Assembly (NCBI RefSeq): GCF_006345805.1
Contig: NC_043007.1
Coordinates: 16,616,001-16,680,000 of the forward strand
Length of the DNA stretch: 64,000 nt
Origin: Octopus sinensis
Lineage: Eukaryota
Reading direction: 5' to 3'
Notes under the pieces: model-generated
Database searches by the model: none
Told to the model about the DNA's origin: nothing
Seen by the model: the letters and a program-made list of their open reading frames with translations, nothing else
Made by a program: the position numbers and the translations under genes
In this document: positions 1-13,560 of the stretch, one piece after another
Layout: every line of letters starts with the position of its first letter
Position numbering within the stretch: the first letter of the stretch is position 1

Positions 1-164
1 TTTGATTTTTGGCATCGTTTCTATTGCTGGATGTCCTTCCTGTCAGCAACTACTTCACAGTGCACTGGGTGCATTTTGTCATGGGACCAGCACCAAAGAA
101 ATTGGTATGATTAAAGGGGGTTGGTTTTATCTGTATTGCCTCTAACTTTCCATTCCTTTTTATC

Positions 165-328
165 TTACTACACTCACGGAGTGGTTGGCGTTAGGAAGGG
201 CATCCAGCTGTAGAAACACAGCCAGATCAGACTGGAGTCTGGTGCAGCCTCCTGGCTTTCCAGACCCCAGTCAAACCGTCCGACCCGTGCTAGCGCGGAA
301 AATGGACGTTAAACGATGATGATGATGA
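165..328 (+). mobile_element. RTE-tail-type SINE/short retroelement ending in (GAT)n. Further copies near 9259(+), 18262(+), 21185(+), 24484(-), 26931(+), 28963(+), 46941(+), 47527(-), 52941(+), 53262(-), 57086(-), 62668(+)
   Basis: Recurrent ~150 nt core GGAGTGGTTGGCGTTAGGAAGGGCATCCAGCTGTAGAAAC...CATGCTAGCATGGAAAACGGACGTTAAACGATGATGAT on both strands. Confidence 0.85.
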
Positions 329-692
329 ACATGGTAGGAAAACAGCCAGAGCAAAAGAGCAACAGAAAAGCACCAGTGTAATAAAAGTGTGAATGTGACT
401 GTCGACTAGAATGGCTTTTGCTGGTAAGGAGGCTGGATAGGAGCAATATGGCCAAAGGAGTGATAGAAAGGAGCATGATTAAAGAGAAGGAGAGTAAGAG
501 AATGATAAAAGAGAGAGAGAAAGAAGAGGTCTAGAGTGATGGTTACAAGAAAGCAATTGATGAGACAGAACAGTAGATAGCTACATGGTTGGGGCTGCTA
601 AGGAGGTTGTATAAGACCAACATGATCTGCATCATTTCACAAAATATCACTATAATCAAGCACTACATTGTAGACCCGTCTCATCATCTAAC

Positions 693-724
<32 letters not shown>

Positions 725-745
725 TATATATATACTTACATACAC

Positions 746-888
746 GAACTTTAGGTTAGTTAAAATATGTTTGTGACATATTTCGACTTCTAAAGGCAAA
801 TTACCATGGAGTCTCCATGGTAACTGCAGTGAATTTGCCTTTAGAAGTTGAAATATGTCACAAACATATTTTAACTAACCTAAAGTTC
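746..888. repeat. Near-perfect ~143 bp palindrome (fold-back/MITE-like)
   Basis: Left arm GAACTTTAGG...GGCAAATTACCATGGAG is the reverse complement of the right arm around a 1-nt centre, apart from one substitution and a ~10 nt indel. Confidence 0.9.
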
Positions 889-954
889 ACTTGTGCTTAA
901 ATACTGTTTGGCGCTGATACTGCTGTAGTAAATACATGCACATGCACACATATT

Positions 955-1320
955 CTTTTCTATTTTATTTGTTTGTCATTTGACTGTGGCCATGCTGGAG
1001 CACCACGTTTAGTCGAACAAACCGACCCCACGACTTATTCTTTGTAAGCCTAGTACTTATTCTATCGGCCTCTTTTGCTGAACTGCTAAGTTAAGGGTAT
1101 GTAAGCATACCAACATTGATTGTCAAGTGATTGTGGTGTGGGGACAAACACACACACACACGCATATAAATATATATATACGACGGGCTTCTTTCAGTTT
1201 CCGCCTATCAAATCCCCTCACAAGGTTTTGGTCGGCCAGAGGCTATAGTAGAAGACACTTGCTTAAGGTGCCATGCAGTGGGAATGAACCTGGAACCATG
1301 TGATTGGTAAGCAAGCTACT
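955..1320 (-). mobile_element. tRNA-headed, CORE-like SINE with central microsatellite (OR2-like). Further copies near 12065(-), 16067(+), 23597(+), 27428(+), 33720(-), 39240(+), 39455(-), 50672(+), 51585(+), 63120(+)
   Basis: Head GGAGTGGCTGTGTGGTAAG...GGTTCAGTCCC (A/B-box-like), then CCTTGGGCAAGTGTC, (TA)/(GT)n, and tail ...CCAGCATGGCCACAGTCAAATGACTGAAAC. Confidence 0.85.
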
Positions 1321-1471
1321 CACCACACAGCCACTCCTGCACCTATATGTGTATAGGTATATATAAAATCTTTTGGAACTTGCTGGTGGGAAAATGTTTG
1401 CTTAATATTTTCTTAGCAACCACAAGTTTCATGAGATTTTTAATAAATTCAATCTAAAATTTAGTTACAAC

Positions 1472-1699
1472 CAGTGGCAGACTGGCCAGGTTGCCAGCTT
1501 GCCCGATGACAAGTGGACCTTTGCACCATTAGAATCCATATATGGGGGCCCATCCCCTGAAGTTTGAGAATTTTTTATTCACTCCTGGAAGAATGCATTA
1601 ATTATTTCAGCCTGGCTGTGTTAAATGATAGCATTGTAGTTGTGGGTGGGCCCCCTTAGTCTCTTGGCAACCAATATTTTTAGATCCAGTCTGCCACTG
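1472..1699. mobile_element. hAT-type MITE (228 bp)
   Basis: Perfect TIR CAGTGGCAGACTGG / CCAGTCTGCCACTG. Degenerate 8-bp flanks GTTACAAC / GTTATAGA. Confidence 0.75.
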
Positions 1700-3424
1700 G
1701 TTATAGATAGATGTGTGTGTGTGTGTATATATGTGTTAATGTGTGTGTGTGTGTGTATATATATATATTAGCAGGCTTTTGACTACTCAACTCCAATGTG
1801 TTTTTATCTCTCCCCATCTATCCTTTCTGTAGAAGAATGCAGTCTCAAAACATTGATGACTTCTTAGCACGCCGGGCGAAAGGCGTAGCCGTATTTCGTT
1901 TGCCGTTATGTTCTGGGTTCAAATTCTGCCGAAGTCGACTTTGCCCTTCATCCTTTCGGGGTCGATAAATTAAGTACCAGTTATGCCCTGGGGTCTATGT
2001 AATCGACTTAATCCGTTTGTCTGTCCTTGTTTGTCCCCTCTGTGTTTAGCCCCTTGTGGGTAGTAAAGAAATATATTTTTCCTGTGCATCAACCTAATAC
2101 ACCCTGTTTGTTGTTCTTCCCCCTCATTTTCATTTTTTCTGTATTGTTGGAACTTGTGTGTGCGCATGCACATGCATAGTTTATGTCTGTCAAATTCTAC
2201 TTCAAAGGTATTGATCAATCTTTAAAAAAAGAAAAAAAAAAAAAACCCACTTCCATGAGATGTTGGGAGCATATCTTGACTCACATGGTGGAAAAGTGCA
2301 CTTCTTAACAGCACAGTTATGCCTTTTGTTTAATATTGTACAAGAGTCGCAGCAAAAAATTAATATATATTTTAGAATATAATTGACCCAGTATTACTTC
2401 CTGTAGTTCTCAAAATAATAAAAATAATATTAGTCACCACATAAGTTTTTCGAATTATACTGCTGCTCACTACATTAAATATGTTAACATTAAAATATAA
2501 ATAAAGAAGCCCAATTGGGGCAATTTTTTGTGTAATTTCAACCTCAACCAGTTTTGTATATCAATGACGAGTGGCTTTCTTGTCTGGTATAACGGCATTT
2601 GATGACACTGTCATCATGTAACATTCCTTTTTGCATGCTGGCATGGGTTTGATGGCTTGACATTAACTGAGAAGCCAGAGGGCTGCACCAACTTCTAATG
2701 TCCACTTTAGCATAGTTTCTACAGCTGGATACCCTTCCTAATGCCAATAACACTGTAGATATTTTTGAAGTAAAAAGCAGGGTGATAGTTAATTCTTATG
2801 GTAAGTTTGCTGTAGAGGACATTTTTGTGATTTTACTACTGTCCATGTTTGAACCACCCATTGAATGTTAATGTTTATACACCATACCAATACAGTTAGT
2901 ACAAACTACCATAATCAGATATGGTGAATCAGAAATACTCTTTAATCAATTGAAATTACTATCATAATGAGAATAAAAATTCTTCACAAAAAGCGTCGCG
3001 GGAGAGAATTTTGAAACTTTTGTTGGCCAACAATTAAATGAAAATATGCATAGGAGATGGGGGTGACCTTATTTTTTTGATTGCTATAGCACCACCAGGT
3101 ATGTTCTAGTCTTAGACATCTTCAAATAATGAAAAATTTAGTAAAATAGCACTGTTATTACTAAGCTGGAACAGAAATTAACCTGTAATTTTGATAGGTT
3201 TCAACTTGGATCACTTTCAAACAGGAAATTTATATTGCAGAAGCAAGGGTGCAGTCAGAGAGGTATCAAAAGAGTTAAAGAAACATGGCCAACCCACAAA
3301 TGACTTGAGCATATGCAGTGGAATCTTGGTTTATGAGCAGTTTTTCAAACATAAAATGTCTTTCTTGGGTGACAAACGGTGTCATGAGTAACGAACATGC
3401 AAGCAGACAACAACAGTTGGCGTG

Positions 3425-3905
3425 GAGACACAATGGCCCAGTGGTTAGGGCAGCGGACTCGCAGCCGTAAGAATGTGGCTTCGATTCCCAGACCGGGCAT
3501 TGTGTGTATTGAGCAAAAACACCTAAGCTCCACGAGGCTTTGGCAGGGGTTGAATCCCGCTGTACTCTTTCACCACAACTTTCTCTCACTCTTTCTTCCT
3601 ACTTCTGCCACAAAGCAGAGGAACCATGGTGTAACCCACTATGGTGTGGTAAACATTCGGACCCTAGTCTAGATTGTGAATCCTCTGTACCCCAGGATAG
3701 TTCAGCTCTCCACCCATTAAAAAAAGCCACCGTTTACGGAATGTGGATAACAACGTAGCTTTCGCGCCCGTGCAACCGCCAGTCTATCGCGTGCGGTGGG
3801 TGGATCTTCAAGTTGCCACACGCATTCTTAGTAGCCTAGAGTAGACTCAAATTAGAGATTATTCTTTGTGGCTAATGGTGTGAGTCCTGATTGGAAGAAG
3901 AAGAA
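3425..3905 (+). mobile_element. tRNA-derived SINE head fused to a CpG-rich segment ending in (GAA)n
   Basis: TGGCCCAGTGGTTAG (A box) and GCTTCGATTCCC (B box). The 3' part ends TTGGAAGAAGAAGAAGAAAG. Confidence 0.6.
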
Positions 3906-6849
3906 GAAAGAAGACAACAGCTGGCAGAAAACTAGGAGTATCAAAAGGAGAACATCAGTTGCTGTGCCTTCTCTTGAATTTTATTTAAGGAAAATAATTT
4001 CGGTTTACAACCATTTCAGGGGATGAACGACTTTCAGGAACAAATTAAATTCATAAACCAAGGTTCCATTGTATAGTTTCCATGTGAAAATAACTTGCCC
4101 AGCATTTAATGACTTTGGGAAATTTCTTAGTGTAGCTTCTGTATGAAAAACATATGTCAAAAGTAATTTTTAATCAATTGAAATTATATCTGCAATGAGA
4201 TTCCATAGTCCTTGTTCTGCTTTATATGGCAAATGTTTATATTTTTTGTGCGTTATTTACAAGTTTCAATTTACTTTTTTTGAATAATAGTCATCATATG
4301 ATGTTGTTGTTGTTGTTGTAGTATATCTTAGGTTGTTGAAATAAGTTGACTTCTACATTATGTTCAGCACAGATGGTTTGGGGTATTTGTCTTGGCGGTC
4401 TTTAGGAAGAAATATATTTATTTTGTAATAATTTTGGCATTTCTGTGCTTCGTGCGGTGAATTTTGGTTGATAGTTTTGTAGGTCACATTGGGATAATTT
4501 GCAAAGTATGGTTATGCATTGCTAACACTCATTTTAAGCTCAATTAGTTCCCGATTCTTCAAGTTCTTCAGTAATGCTAAGTTAAAGTGGTATTTTGGTC
4601 TGTGCTAGGTTTACTGGGGATCGTTTTGAATATGTTTCTGTGCTGGAAATTACATACTTCTTTGAGCAAAATAGAGTTATTGTTACCCAGTTCAGTTTTG
4701 GAATCTTGTGTATCTAGAAGGGTATACACACGCTTCATATAAGTTTTTTTTTTTTTTTTTTTTGCTTCTTACTCTGCTTGGTAAAAGGTTCACCCGAAAT
4801 GTCAGTCTACTTCTTTTCCATTTCTTCTTTTTGGCATACATTTCATTGTGCACAGCATTTGTGTGTGTACATTTTATCCATTTTTTGAATTTTTGTCTAC
4901 ATGTTGTAATTTTCCATGTTGTTCATCTGCCTATCTCTTATTCCCTTCATTCCATTTGTTCAATTTCACCTATTTAGGTAATAAATTCACTTCACACTTA
5001 ACCAGCTTAATCTTAGCTGTTCTATTTGGCTCTTACCATTACAACAATACCACCTTGGACATGAATGCTTCTTTATTTAAAATATAGTTTCATTTAAGAG
5101 AGACTTTCAAATAATCTATTTCTAAGAGGTCATTAGTTGTTTGTGACTGACAGATTCTGCATTACTGCCACAGTCCATTCTTAGTTGTTACTTTAGCCAT
5201 GCCATCTTTATTCTGAGACTTGTTAGAACATTAGAGATTTAACTCTTTCAATACCATTTACCCATAAGCCATCTCTGGATTTTATGTAAAAGCTCTCTGA
5301 AGTTTGTATATGGGTGGTGCACAAAGCAGTGTTGTAAAATAAACTATTCAGATGAGTTCAAATATGTTTAGGACATATTTAACATATGAGCAGATATTTT
5401 CACTGCAGTTTGCTATGGAAACAATTTTTCCTTTTGGTAAAATGCGTTAAAAACACTTTGAACTGACAGTGTTTTTAACAACACATGCCAAAAGCAAGAA
5501 TTTTTCTCCGCAGCAAATTGCATTGAAAATATCTCTTTACAGGTCAGTTATTTCCCAAACATGTTTAGGCTTATCTGAAACTCTTTGTAGTTATATAATC
5601 AAGACCTCTCATCATCCTTCTAGTAAGTTATATTCCAAACATAACTCTTAACATTGTGTATGACACAAATCAACATGGCACCCACATCTGTGTGCCAGTC
5701 CTATCCCACATAAAACTGCATGGATACGTACCACTTTCGTTCATATTTGTTATAAAGGATGTTAGGTTGGCACTCTCTAATCTGAAGGAGAAAATTAAAA
5801 CCCATCCTTTATTATTAATTTACATTCTGCGATGTGTTGTCTTCACCTATGTGTTGCTGAAGTTTTGTGATTTTTTTTTTTCTGAAAATTTTCTTTGGAA
5901 GATGACCATTAATCATTCTTAAAGTTACAACACATTCAATGTTTGAATAAATGAATCAATGGCATATAGGTCTTTCAGGATGATAACCAAAGCAATATAT
6001 CTATTACTTCTGTACACACTTCAGTTTAGTCAATTTTTCATCAAGTGACCTGAACAAAATATTAACTGAAGAATGGTTGGAAACTGAATCTTTTGCAAGT
6101 ATTGTTAGTTCAAAAATACCTTTTGTGCTCAGAGTGAACCCTGTTGAGTATATTTATTCAACCTTTGCCGTTGGGTTTTGATTTGTTTGATCTGACAACA
6201 AACTAATTTAATCCTTTAGCATTTAAACCAGCCATATCTGGTTCAGTTATTCTATTTGTTAAAAGAAATATGCTGTAAAGTGGTTAGTGACATGAAGGGT
6301 GTATGGCTGTAAAAACCATGCGGAAGAACAAGAAGAGTAAAGTGTAACAGAATAAATGACCCTATAAGCTACATGTTGGCGATCTATCTAGGATTGCACT
6401 AAGCCTGATTTAAAAAAAAAAATACTGAGTTGAGGGGACTCTTTAGTCTGTGCTAGATACAACCTCTATATTGATGTTGGAGTGATAAATTGCTCCCTGT
6501 TCATGTATACAGTGGTTGGTAATTAGACAGGCATCTACCCATGAAAAAAATGCCAAAAGCATGATTGACACGATAAACATTACCTTTTATATCTTTTACC
6601 TGTTTCAGTTACTTGAATACGACCATGCTGGGGCACCATCTTAATGATTTAGTTGAACAAATCGGCACCAACACTTGTTTTTAAGTTTGGTATTTGTTCT
6701 GTTGATGTCTTTTGCCAAATCACTAAGTTATAGCATATAGTGAGACAATGTGTAACCCACCCAACTCATGCCAGCATGGAAAAACAGGCATAAAATGTTT
6801 GTCATGATGGCAGCAATGGCAACTGGAATAATTGAGTTGAAGTTATATG

Positions 6850-7900
6850 AAAGAAATTGCTGTATACAGAGTTGACTACAGCAGCTGGAGTTAGGGATAA
6901 ATCCAAATTGTGAGGGTCGAATAAGGCTGTGAGAGCTCCAAAAGTTCCAGGGTGTTTCTCTGATACAGGACTCCATCAGTTTGGCGATGCAGCTAGTAAG
7001 GTTGACTGGACGGTAGTTGACAGGTGATGTGCGATCACCTTTTTTGAACAGGGGAACAACAATGACAATTTTCTAGTGCTCTCAAGTGATTCAGTTGTTA
7101 AGGCAGAATTGAAAGAAGAATGAAAGCTGGTGCAAAAGAGAGAACCTGTCACATTTGAGAAGCAAATAAGTACCACCATGAGAACCAGGAGAGGCATAGT
7201 TGCACTTGAGGTAGTGTCGCAGCATTGCGGGTGCAAATTTTGCAGATGTTATGGAATTTGATGTCAGAGTTGGTGAAGAAGGTATATTTGAATTTTCCAC
7301 AGTAAAAATGCCAGCATAGCATTCAGCAATAAGCTCAGCACATTCCTTGGGGTCATTACTGATCTGATATGTATGGGGATTGTAAAGAGGGTCAGCTGGA
7401 GAGTGAGATCTCTGCTTCAAATGTACATATTTCCAGAACACTTTGCTGTCAGGGCCGGTTACTATACTTTGTTCACTGCCTTTTTTATCACTTGCTTGAG
7501 ATGGTTGAATGATCAATTGTGTCTTCTGTCTCTTCTGTTCTATACTGTCTATATTTCTGTTCAGCATCACACATTTCCTGGCCAGTCTGTGAGCTTAACA
7601 TCACTTCCTGGCTCTTGAGTGTCTTGACTGGCCTTCAGTCTGTTGCAAACATTCTGGCCATGTCTTTAGTATGAGAAAAACTGTCTTGACAAATATATAA
7701 GTAGTTGTCTATCTTAACCAGTTGCTTCCTGCCGCACTCTTCCTTTCATACTCCTACTTTCTGTTGAGGAAAAACAGGTGTGCCTGATACAGTAAGAAAG
7801 CTACTTAGTTTGCTGGCCTGCCTATCCTACAGCTACTGACTTCCAGCTATGTTACTTACAAAGATCTGGATATTAATTCATAGTAATCTGTGGGTGCTGC
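6850..7900 (-). mobile_element. Degenerate CR1-group LINE ORF2 fragment
   Basis: ORF 7091-7570 has KVFWKYV...ISNDPKECAELIAECYAGIFT. ORF 6728-6976 has LIRPSQFGFIPNSSCCSQL (RT N-terminal motifs). Frameshifted. Confidence 0.8.
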
Positions 7901-8254
7901 TCTTCCTGCTTTTACTACCCATTTAAATAAAATAAAAAATCACATAAAAAGTTTCATGTTGGTTCAAATTTACAATTTTACACTTAGCTGTTTGGGTGGA
8001 AGGAAGTCTCTGACTGGGTTACACTGAAGAGCCAAAAACTGGAGTACTTTTGAAACTTAATAGCCGATTAGTTAAATGTCATCGTAAAATTAATATATAA
8101 ATTCATATAAAAAAATACATCCGTAAACAAATATATATTTATTCACTTATTTTTTTTCCTGCTACCATGGGTTAGGTGAATGAATATTAGCTGAGATTTT
8201 TCTTTTATTACTAGATGTTTCACATAGCTGTTAATCAACAGCTATCATCATCAT

Positions 8255-8466
8255 TTAATCCTTTAGCATTTAAACCAGCTATATCTAGCCCAAATATGTT
8301 GTTTCATGTTCTAACCAACCAGATCCTGCTTATCACACACCCTTCAATACCATTCTAAAAATATCACATCAAAATTTGGAAGCTACAAAATAATGCATGA
8401 TGAATTAAAAACTGTGAATGAAAAATAATTATGTTTGACTGAATAATCTTAATGCTAAAGGATTAA
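8255..8466 (+). mobile_element. TTAA-flanked piggyBac-type MITE family A. Other copies near 24750, 30960-31226(-), 47204-47816, 62360, 63880
   Basis: TTAA-TCCTTTAGCATT ... AATGCTAAAGGA-TTAA termini. Confidence 0.75.
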
Positions 8467-11329
8467 TGTCTATGTTCCATACTGGTGTATGTTGGACGGT
8501 TTGACAGAATCCAGTGTGCCCAAGGATTGCATTGTCCTCCAGTGTCTGCTTTGGCATGGTTTCTGTGATTGGATGCTCTTTCTTACACCAACCACTTCAC
8601 AGTGTGTACTGAGTGATTTTGTGTATGCGATCAACACTATTGAAGTTACCATACAGCTTACAATCCTGAGACGAACAACTTTATGCAAGGGGATGAGTAT
8701 TAGAGAGGGATAAAGTATGAGAGAAAAGGGCCTGGGCATGGCATGCTTCTTGCTCTGGAGGGGCTACAAAACTATGAAATTTTTAGTAATACTGAAAGAA
8801 GAAATATCAGCTTATAGAAATATATAATCTTAGTTTTTGTATTTAGTACATTTGTTTCTCAAATGACACTCATCATACATACTTCATCATTTTACGTCTT
8901 CTTTCCACGATGGTATAAGTTGTCCCCTTAAATGGATTGGGACCATGTCTCACTTTACCACTTCATTTTAGGCATAGTTTCTACAGTTGGTTGCTTTTCT
9001 TAGTACCAACCACTTTATAGAATGTCTACTGGGTGTATTTCATCATGGCATGAACACTGTAGGTTACCGTATCTTTGGCAAGATCAACGGTTCCTCTCTC
9101 ATTTACGTTGTCTCTGTTTATTCACCATCCACTTAAATGGGTGTATATGGTTCATAAGTATGTTTCTATTTTATTGCATTTTCCATGATTGTATGTGTGG
9201 TATAGTCTTGTAGATGAGATGAGAAATAATCCAGAACGGACAATATCTACTCATACCATTGGCGTTAGGAAGGGCATCCAGCCGTAGAAACACTGCCAGA
9301 TCTGACTGGGCCTGACGAAGCCTTCCAGCTTCACAGACCCCAGTTGACCCGTCCAACCCATGCTAGCATGGAAAACGGACGCTAAACGATGATGATTGAG
9401 GATTGTAGTAGTATTAGTATGGAAGCATGCACTGCAACAGTGCATCATTGCATCCACCATTTGTTGGTGATTCTTTACTACTCCTGATAGATGACACCAC
9501 TCGGGCAACAACCCTCCAACCCATGGGTCAGTTTGCATAGTCATTTTTGGTGAGGGCCTTACGATGAATGAACATTAAATTATTGATGGATATCATCATC
9601 ATTTAATGTCTCTCATCTATGCTGGCATGGGTTGGATAGTTTGACCAGGGCTGGTAAGCTGAGGGGCTGCACCAGATTCCAGTCTGATTTAGCATGGTTT
9701 TACATGCCACTTGCGTGACACCAGTATCTACCACGACTGCGATTTTGTTCTGCTTGATGGGTCTTCTTCTCAAGCATGACATAATGCCAAAGGTCTTGGT
9801 CATTGCTCTGAAATATAAATATAAATGTTGGTTAGTAAACCTGTGATTTGGTGTCTCCTTCACAATATGAAATATATTTGATAAGAACCTTCAAACTTAT
9901 ATAACCTTGTGGAAAAATTGATGTTATGAAGTGAAGAGGGTGATATCAGTAAGAACAATTTTTATATCTGATATAGAAACAACTTATGTCATATGTAAAT
10001 ATTTAACAGTAATTGAATAAGTTAAAAACAATGTACAGATAACAAGCTTCAACTTTTCTTTCAGTAGCCAAAGGATTTGAGAATTCAAAGTTAAGTCAGT
10101 GCTTGCTGAGATAGACAGTCAAGGTGTTCCAGCTGTGACCATCCCATTTTTCATATCTAGGACTTCATTGTATAGTGTATTCCTTTTATTTTATTTTTTA
10201 AGGCTGTAGGTTGTAATTTGAGGGAGATTTGGCTAACGTTTTAGGCTTTCTCTCTCTAAAGTTGTTCAATTGACAAGTCAGCTATTAAAAACTAAGGAAA
10301 CATCAAATACAGTTCCAACAATTAGGAATATATTGTATAGCTATATTCCTTTAAGTAAGTCCTGTGCTAGAACAGAAAACAGACTCTGGCCTACATAGTC
10401 ACTAAGATAATATATTTTTGGAGATGTACTTGCATAGCAAGTAACTTGTTCTGAGATCGTGTGCTTGAACGAAAACAATTGCAGTGTGGAAGGTGTTTAT
10501 AAGCCATTTAAGAAACACACAAAACCATTAGATTCACTTCAACATTTAAATTTAATTTGTCAAAATATTTTTGTATTTTTCATCATCATTTAAAACCCAA
10601 GTTCTGGGTTGTATGGGTCGATAGGCTCCAACTAGCCTGAGGGCTGTGTTGGTTTTCATGTCAGGATACCATTCTTAATGCTGCTAATTTGCAGGTGCCT
10701 TATTGTGATTTCTTTTAGCTAAGATTGAACTCTTAATGCATTATTGAAACCCAGATTGTTCTTACTTATTATGCAAAAGTACATAGTCCACTTTTAGTAT
10801 AAATTATGCTAGAACAAGTTGTATAATAAACAACATCAGTTACATCTAAAATGAAATACAATAGCAATAGGCACACACACGCACACTCCCAAGTTCAAAG
10901 CAACTCAAGGTTTTTCAGATATTGGTTCTTATAATAGTAGTAGAAAATATATTGATCAGAGAACAATGGTCACGCAGGTACACAACTGCTTTTATTTCAG
11001 ACAGTGATGGCAGTAATAAATTTGTAGAGCATAACTCATATACTTTCAAATACGAAAATTCCCTTTTATATTTGCTAACATTTCGTATTAGGTCAATTAT
11101 TTATTCTGATTAGGTAGCCAAAAGAACTGGGTTACGCCCAATGTATATTATTTGTTTTTTTTTATTTAAATAGATAAGTAATAATAACAGAATAAAACAT
11201 AAAAGTACTTATGGGTTATGCCTGCATTGTGTCTGCTCATGATGATTGTATGGTTGTTCATTTTCACATAGATAGGTTTATAATGTCAGTGAAAGAGCTG
11301 TTGACATTGTCATGTACAGTGTGAGACAT

Positions 11330-11663
11330 AGGCATTATATGATGTCCACATAAAGAACTTCACCACTTATCAGCAAGGCCATTTGTAATGGCGTCAACAC
11401 TTTTGCAGGTCATTTTTGGTCATTTTTGTCTGTTCCTCCCATGAAATTATTGCAACTCTTCACTGCTATGAGACAAGAGACAGGTACCTTTCTGTGTTCA
11501 TTACAATCATACTTTGATCACTGTTGGAATCGCTGGGCAATTCTTTGCTAGTTTCTTGCTCAAAATCACTTTCATTACTGTAATTAGACTCATCTAAATC
11601 CTCATCATCATCACTAAGAATCCGAGCTAGTGTTTTTTCAGCACCGACACGTTTTCAAGACAT
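11330..11663 (-). pseudogene. Degenerate N-terminus of a probable piggyBac-like transposase
   Basis: Minus strand from 11663 reads MS*KRVGAEKTLARILSDDDEDLDESNYSNESDFEQETSKELPSDSNSDQS. The TGA could be a deaminated CGA (MSRKR). No catalytic domain is seen. Confidence 0.4.
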
Positions 11664-13049
11664 CCTTGGCAAAATTCCAGCACAAAATAAGGAATCCACA
11701 ATAGAATATGAATGCTGAACACCCCAAATAACATACTCACTGATTGATTGCTAAGTGGCTCAAGTGGCTATTTTGATAACATGTAACTGTTGTATAGTGA
11801 AACTGTACATTCCTCCTGGTAAAAAGTGCTAGTAGCCAGCCATTATAAATAGACCAGTAGGTCAGAGAAGGTCAGACGGTCAAGAGTACGTGTAGACTGT
11901 ATCGATAGTCATGTCTGTGCTGATATAGTAATCATACTGTGATACTGAGTGGATGTTATAATGATCCAGCATTTTGAGGATAACACTGTGTGGCGGGGGG
12001 TGGGTGGGGGTTATACAGTGCCAGATAGAACCAATCTATCGACAACTTTGGAATATTCTTTTTCTTTTATTCTTTTACTTGTTTCAGTCATGTGACTGTG
12101 GCATGCTGGAGCACCGCCTTTAGTTGGCGAATCGACCCCAGGACTTATTCTTTGTCAGCCTAGTACTTATTCTTTCTGTCTTCTTTGCTGAACCTCTAAG
12201 TTACGGGAACATAAACACACCAGTATCAGTTGTCAAGCGATGTTGGGGGGACAAACACAGACACAAACATATACACACACACACACACACACACATACAA
12301 CGGGCTTCTTTCAGTTTCCGTCTACTAAATCTACTTACAAGGCTTTGGTCGTCCTGAGGCTATAGTAGAAGACACTTGTCCAAGGTGCCACACAGTGGGA
12401 TTGAAGTCAGAACAACTGTCATCAAAAGACAGATACAAAAGTGGCAAAAGATTGCTTTACAACAGTAACAAAATGAAGACAAGTGGAGTGCCAGTAGACC
12501 AGCATTTGGGGAATATATGGCCTTGGCATAGTGCCAATGTACCGGCATTTCGGGTTCTAAGGCTTAACTGATTTAATTAATCCTTTTAGATACTAACCTT
12601 CCCGAGAGTGTTAAACAATCAGTTGGAACCAAAAAATATTGGCTAAACCCTCACCTACTGATATGGATTTGGTGGATCCACAATTGAACACGCATCTCAA
12701 CGCTGTCTAACCTGTGAGACCAACATACTCTGGTTTGATCTAACCATCTTAATTGGTTATCTTTTCTATAAGCATAATCCAGCATAAACTAATGGCTGTT
12801 GTTCAACAAAAGTTGCATTTTTTCTGGCTCTCCACAGTCTGAGTTCAAATTCTGCTGAGGCGAGCTTTCCCTTTCATTCCTTTTAGGGTTGATAAAATAA
12901 GTACCAGTTGAGCACTGGGGTTAATATAATTAACTCAATCTTCCTATAAAACTTTTGGCATTGTGCAAAAATTTGAAACTATCATTATTCAACAATTATT
13001 ATTTATTTTCCTTTAATAACCAATTGCTACCTCACCTTATTCCCACATC

Positions 13050-13560
13050 ACCATGGCTTTATTTGTTATTCTATAATCACTGTTGCCTCTCCACATTTAT
13101 TGCTCCTCTTTTACTGCTGTGTTCCTTCCTGTCTAATTATGTCCCCCAAGTAAGTGAAACATAGCTATGCCTCTCCATTCCATTTGAGAAGGTCATGGAT
13201 TTCAGTTTGTGGTTGTTGGCTACTCTAATGTATTTTTAAATGCCTAAGTGCAGGTTCTCTTTAGTTCTTCCTTGTAGATCTCATTTCAACTGTTATCGTT
13301 CTTTTAATTATACAGTACTGAATTTCTGTCTAATTCTGTCCTGTATTAAAACAGTTATGGCTTTAATTGACTTCAATCCTTTTAGTACCTAATGTCTTGG
13401 TTTTAGTCATGTTCAAACCAAGTTTTCTAAATTTCTGATTTCACTGTTCATGATCTGATTTAGTATGAAGGCCAGTCTGGCACAAACAGGAAGCCCCATT
13501 GGCATCTGGTTGTGATTTGTTTACCAGGATAGTGTTGCACTTGAATTAAACCTAGCTCAT
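13050..13560 (-). mobile_element. Degenerate RTE-type RT C-terminal fragment
   Basis: Minus strand peptides ENLGLNMTKTKTLG and FTYLGDII, resembling GLxINxxKTK and FxYLGS motifs. Confidence 0.55.

Noticed and set aside
2985-3025. AAAAAGCGTCGCGGGAGAGAATTT as candidate CLASRP exon 1 (KKRRGREF)
   Set aside because: Immediate in-frame stop, no MWHEARK upstream and no phase-0 donor.
3425-3500. tRNA gene calls at SINE heads (also 28805, 43100, 59875)
   Set aside because: No complete cloverleaf or acceptor stem and no poly-T terminator. Each runs directly into a SINE body.
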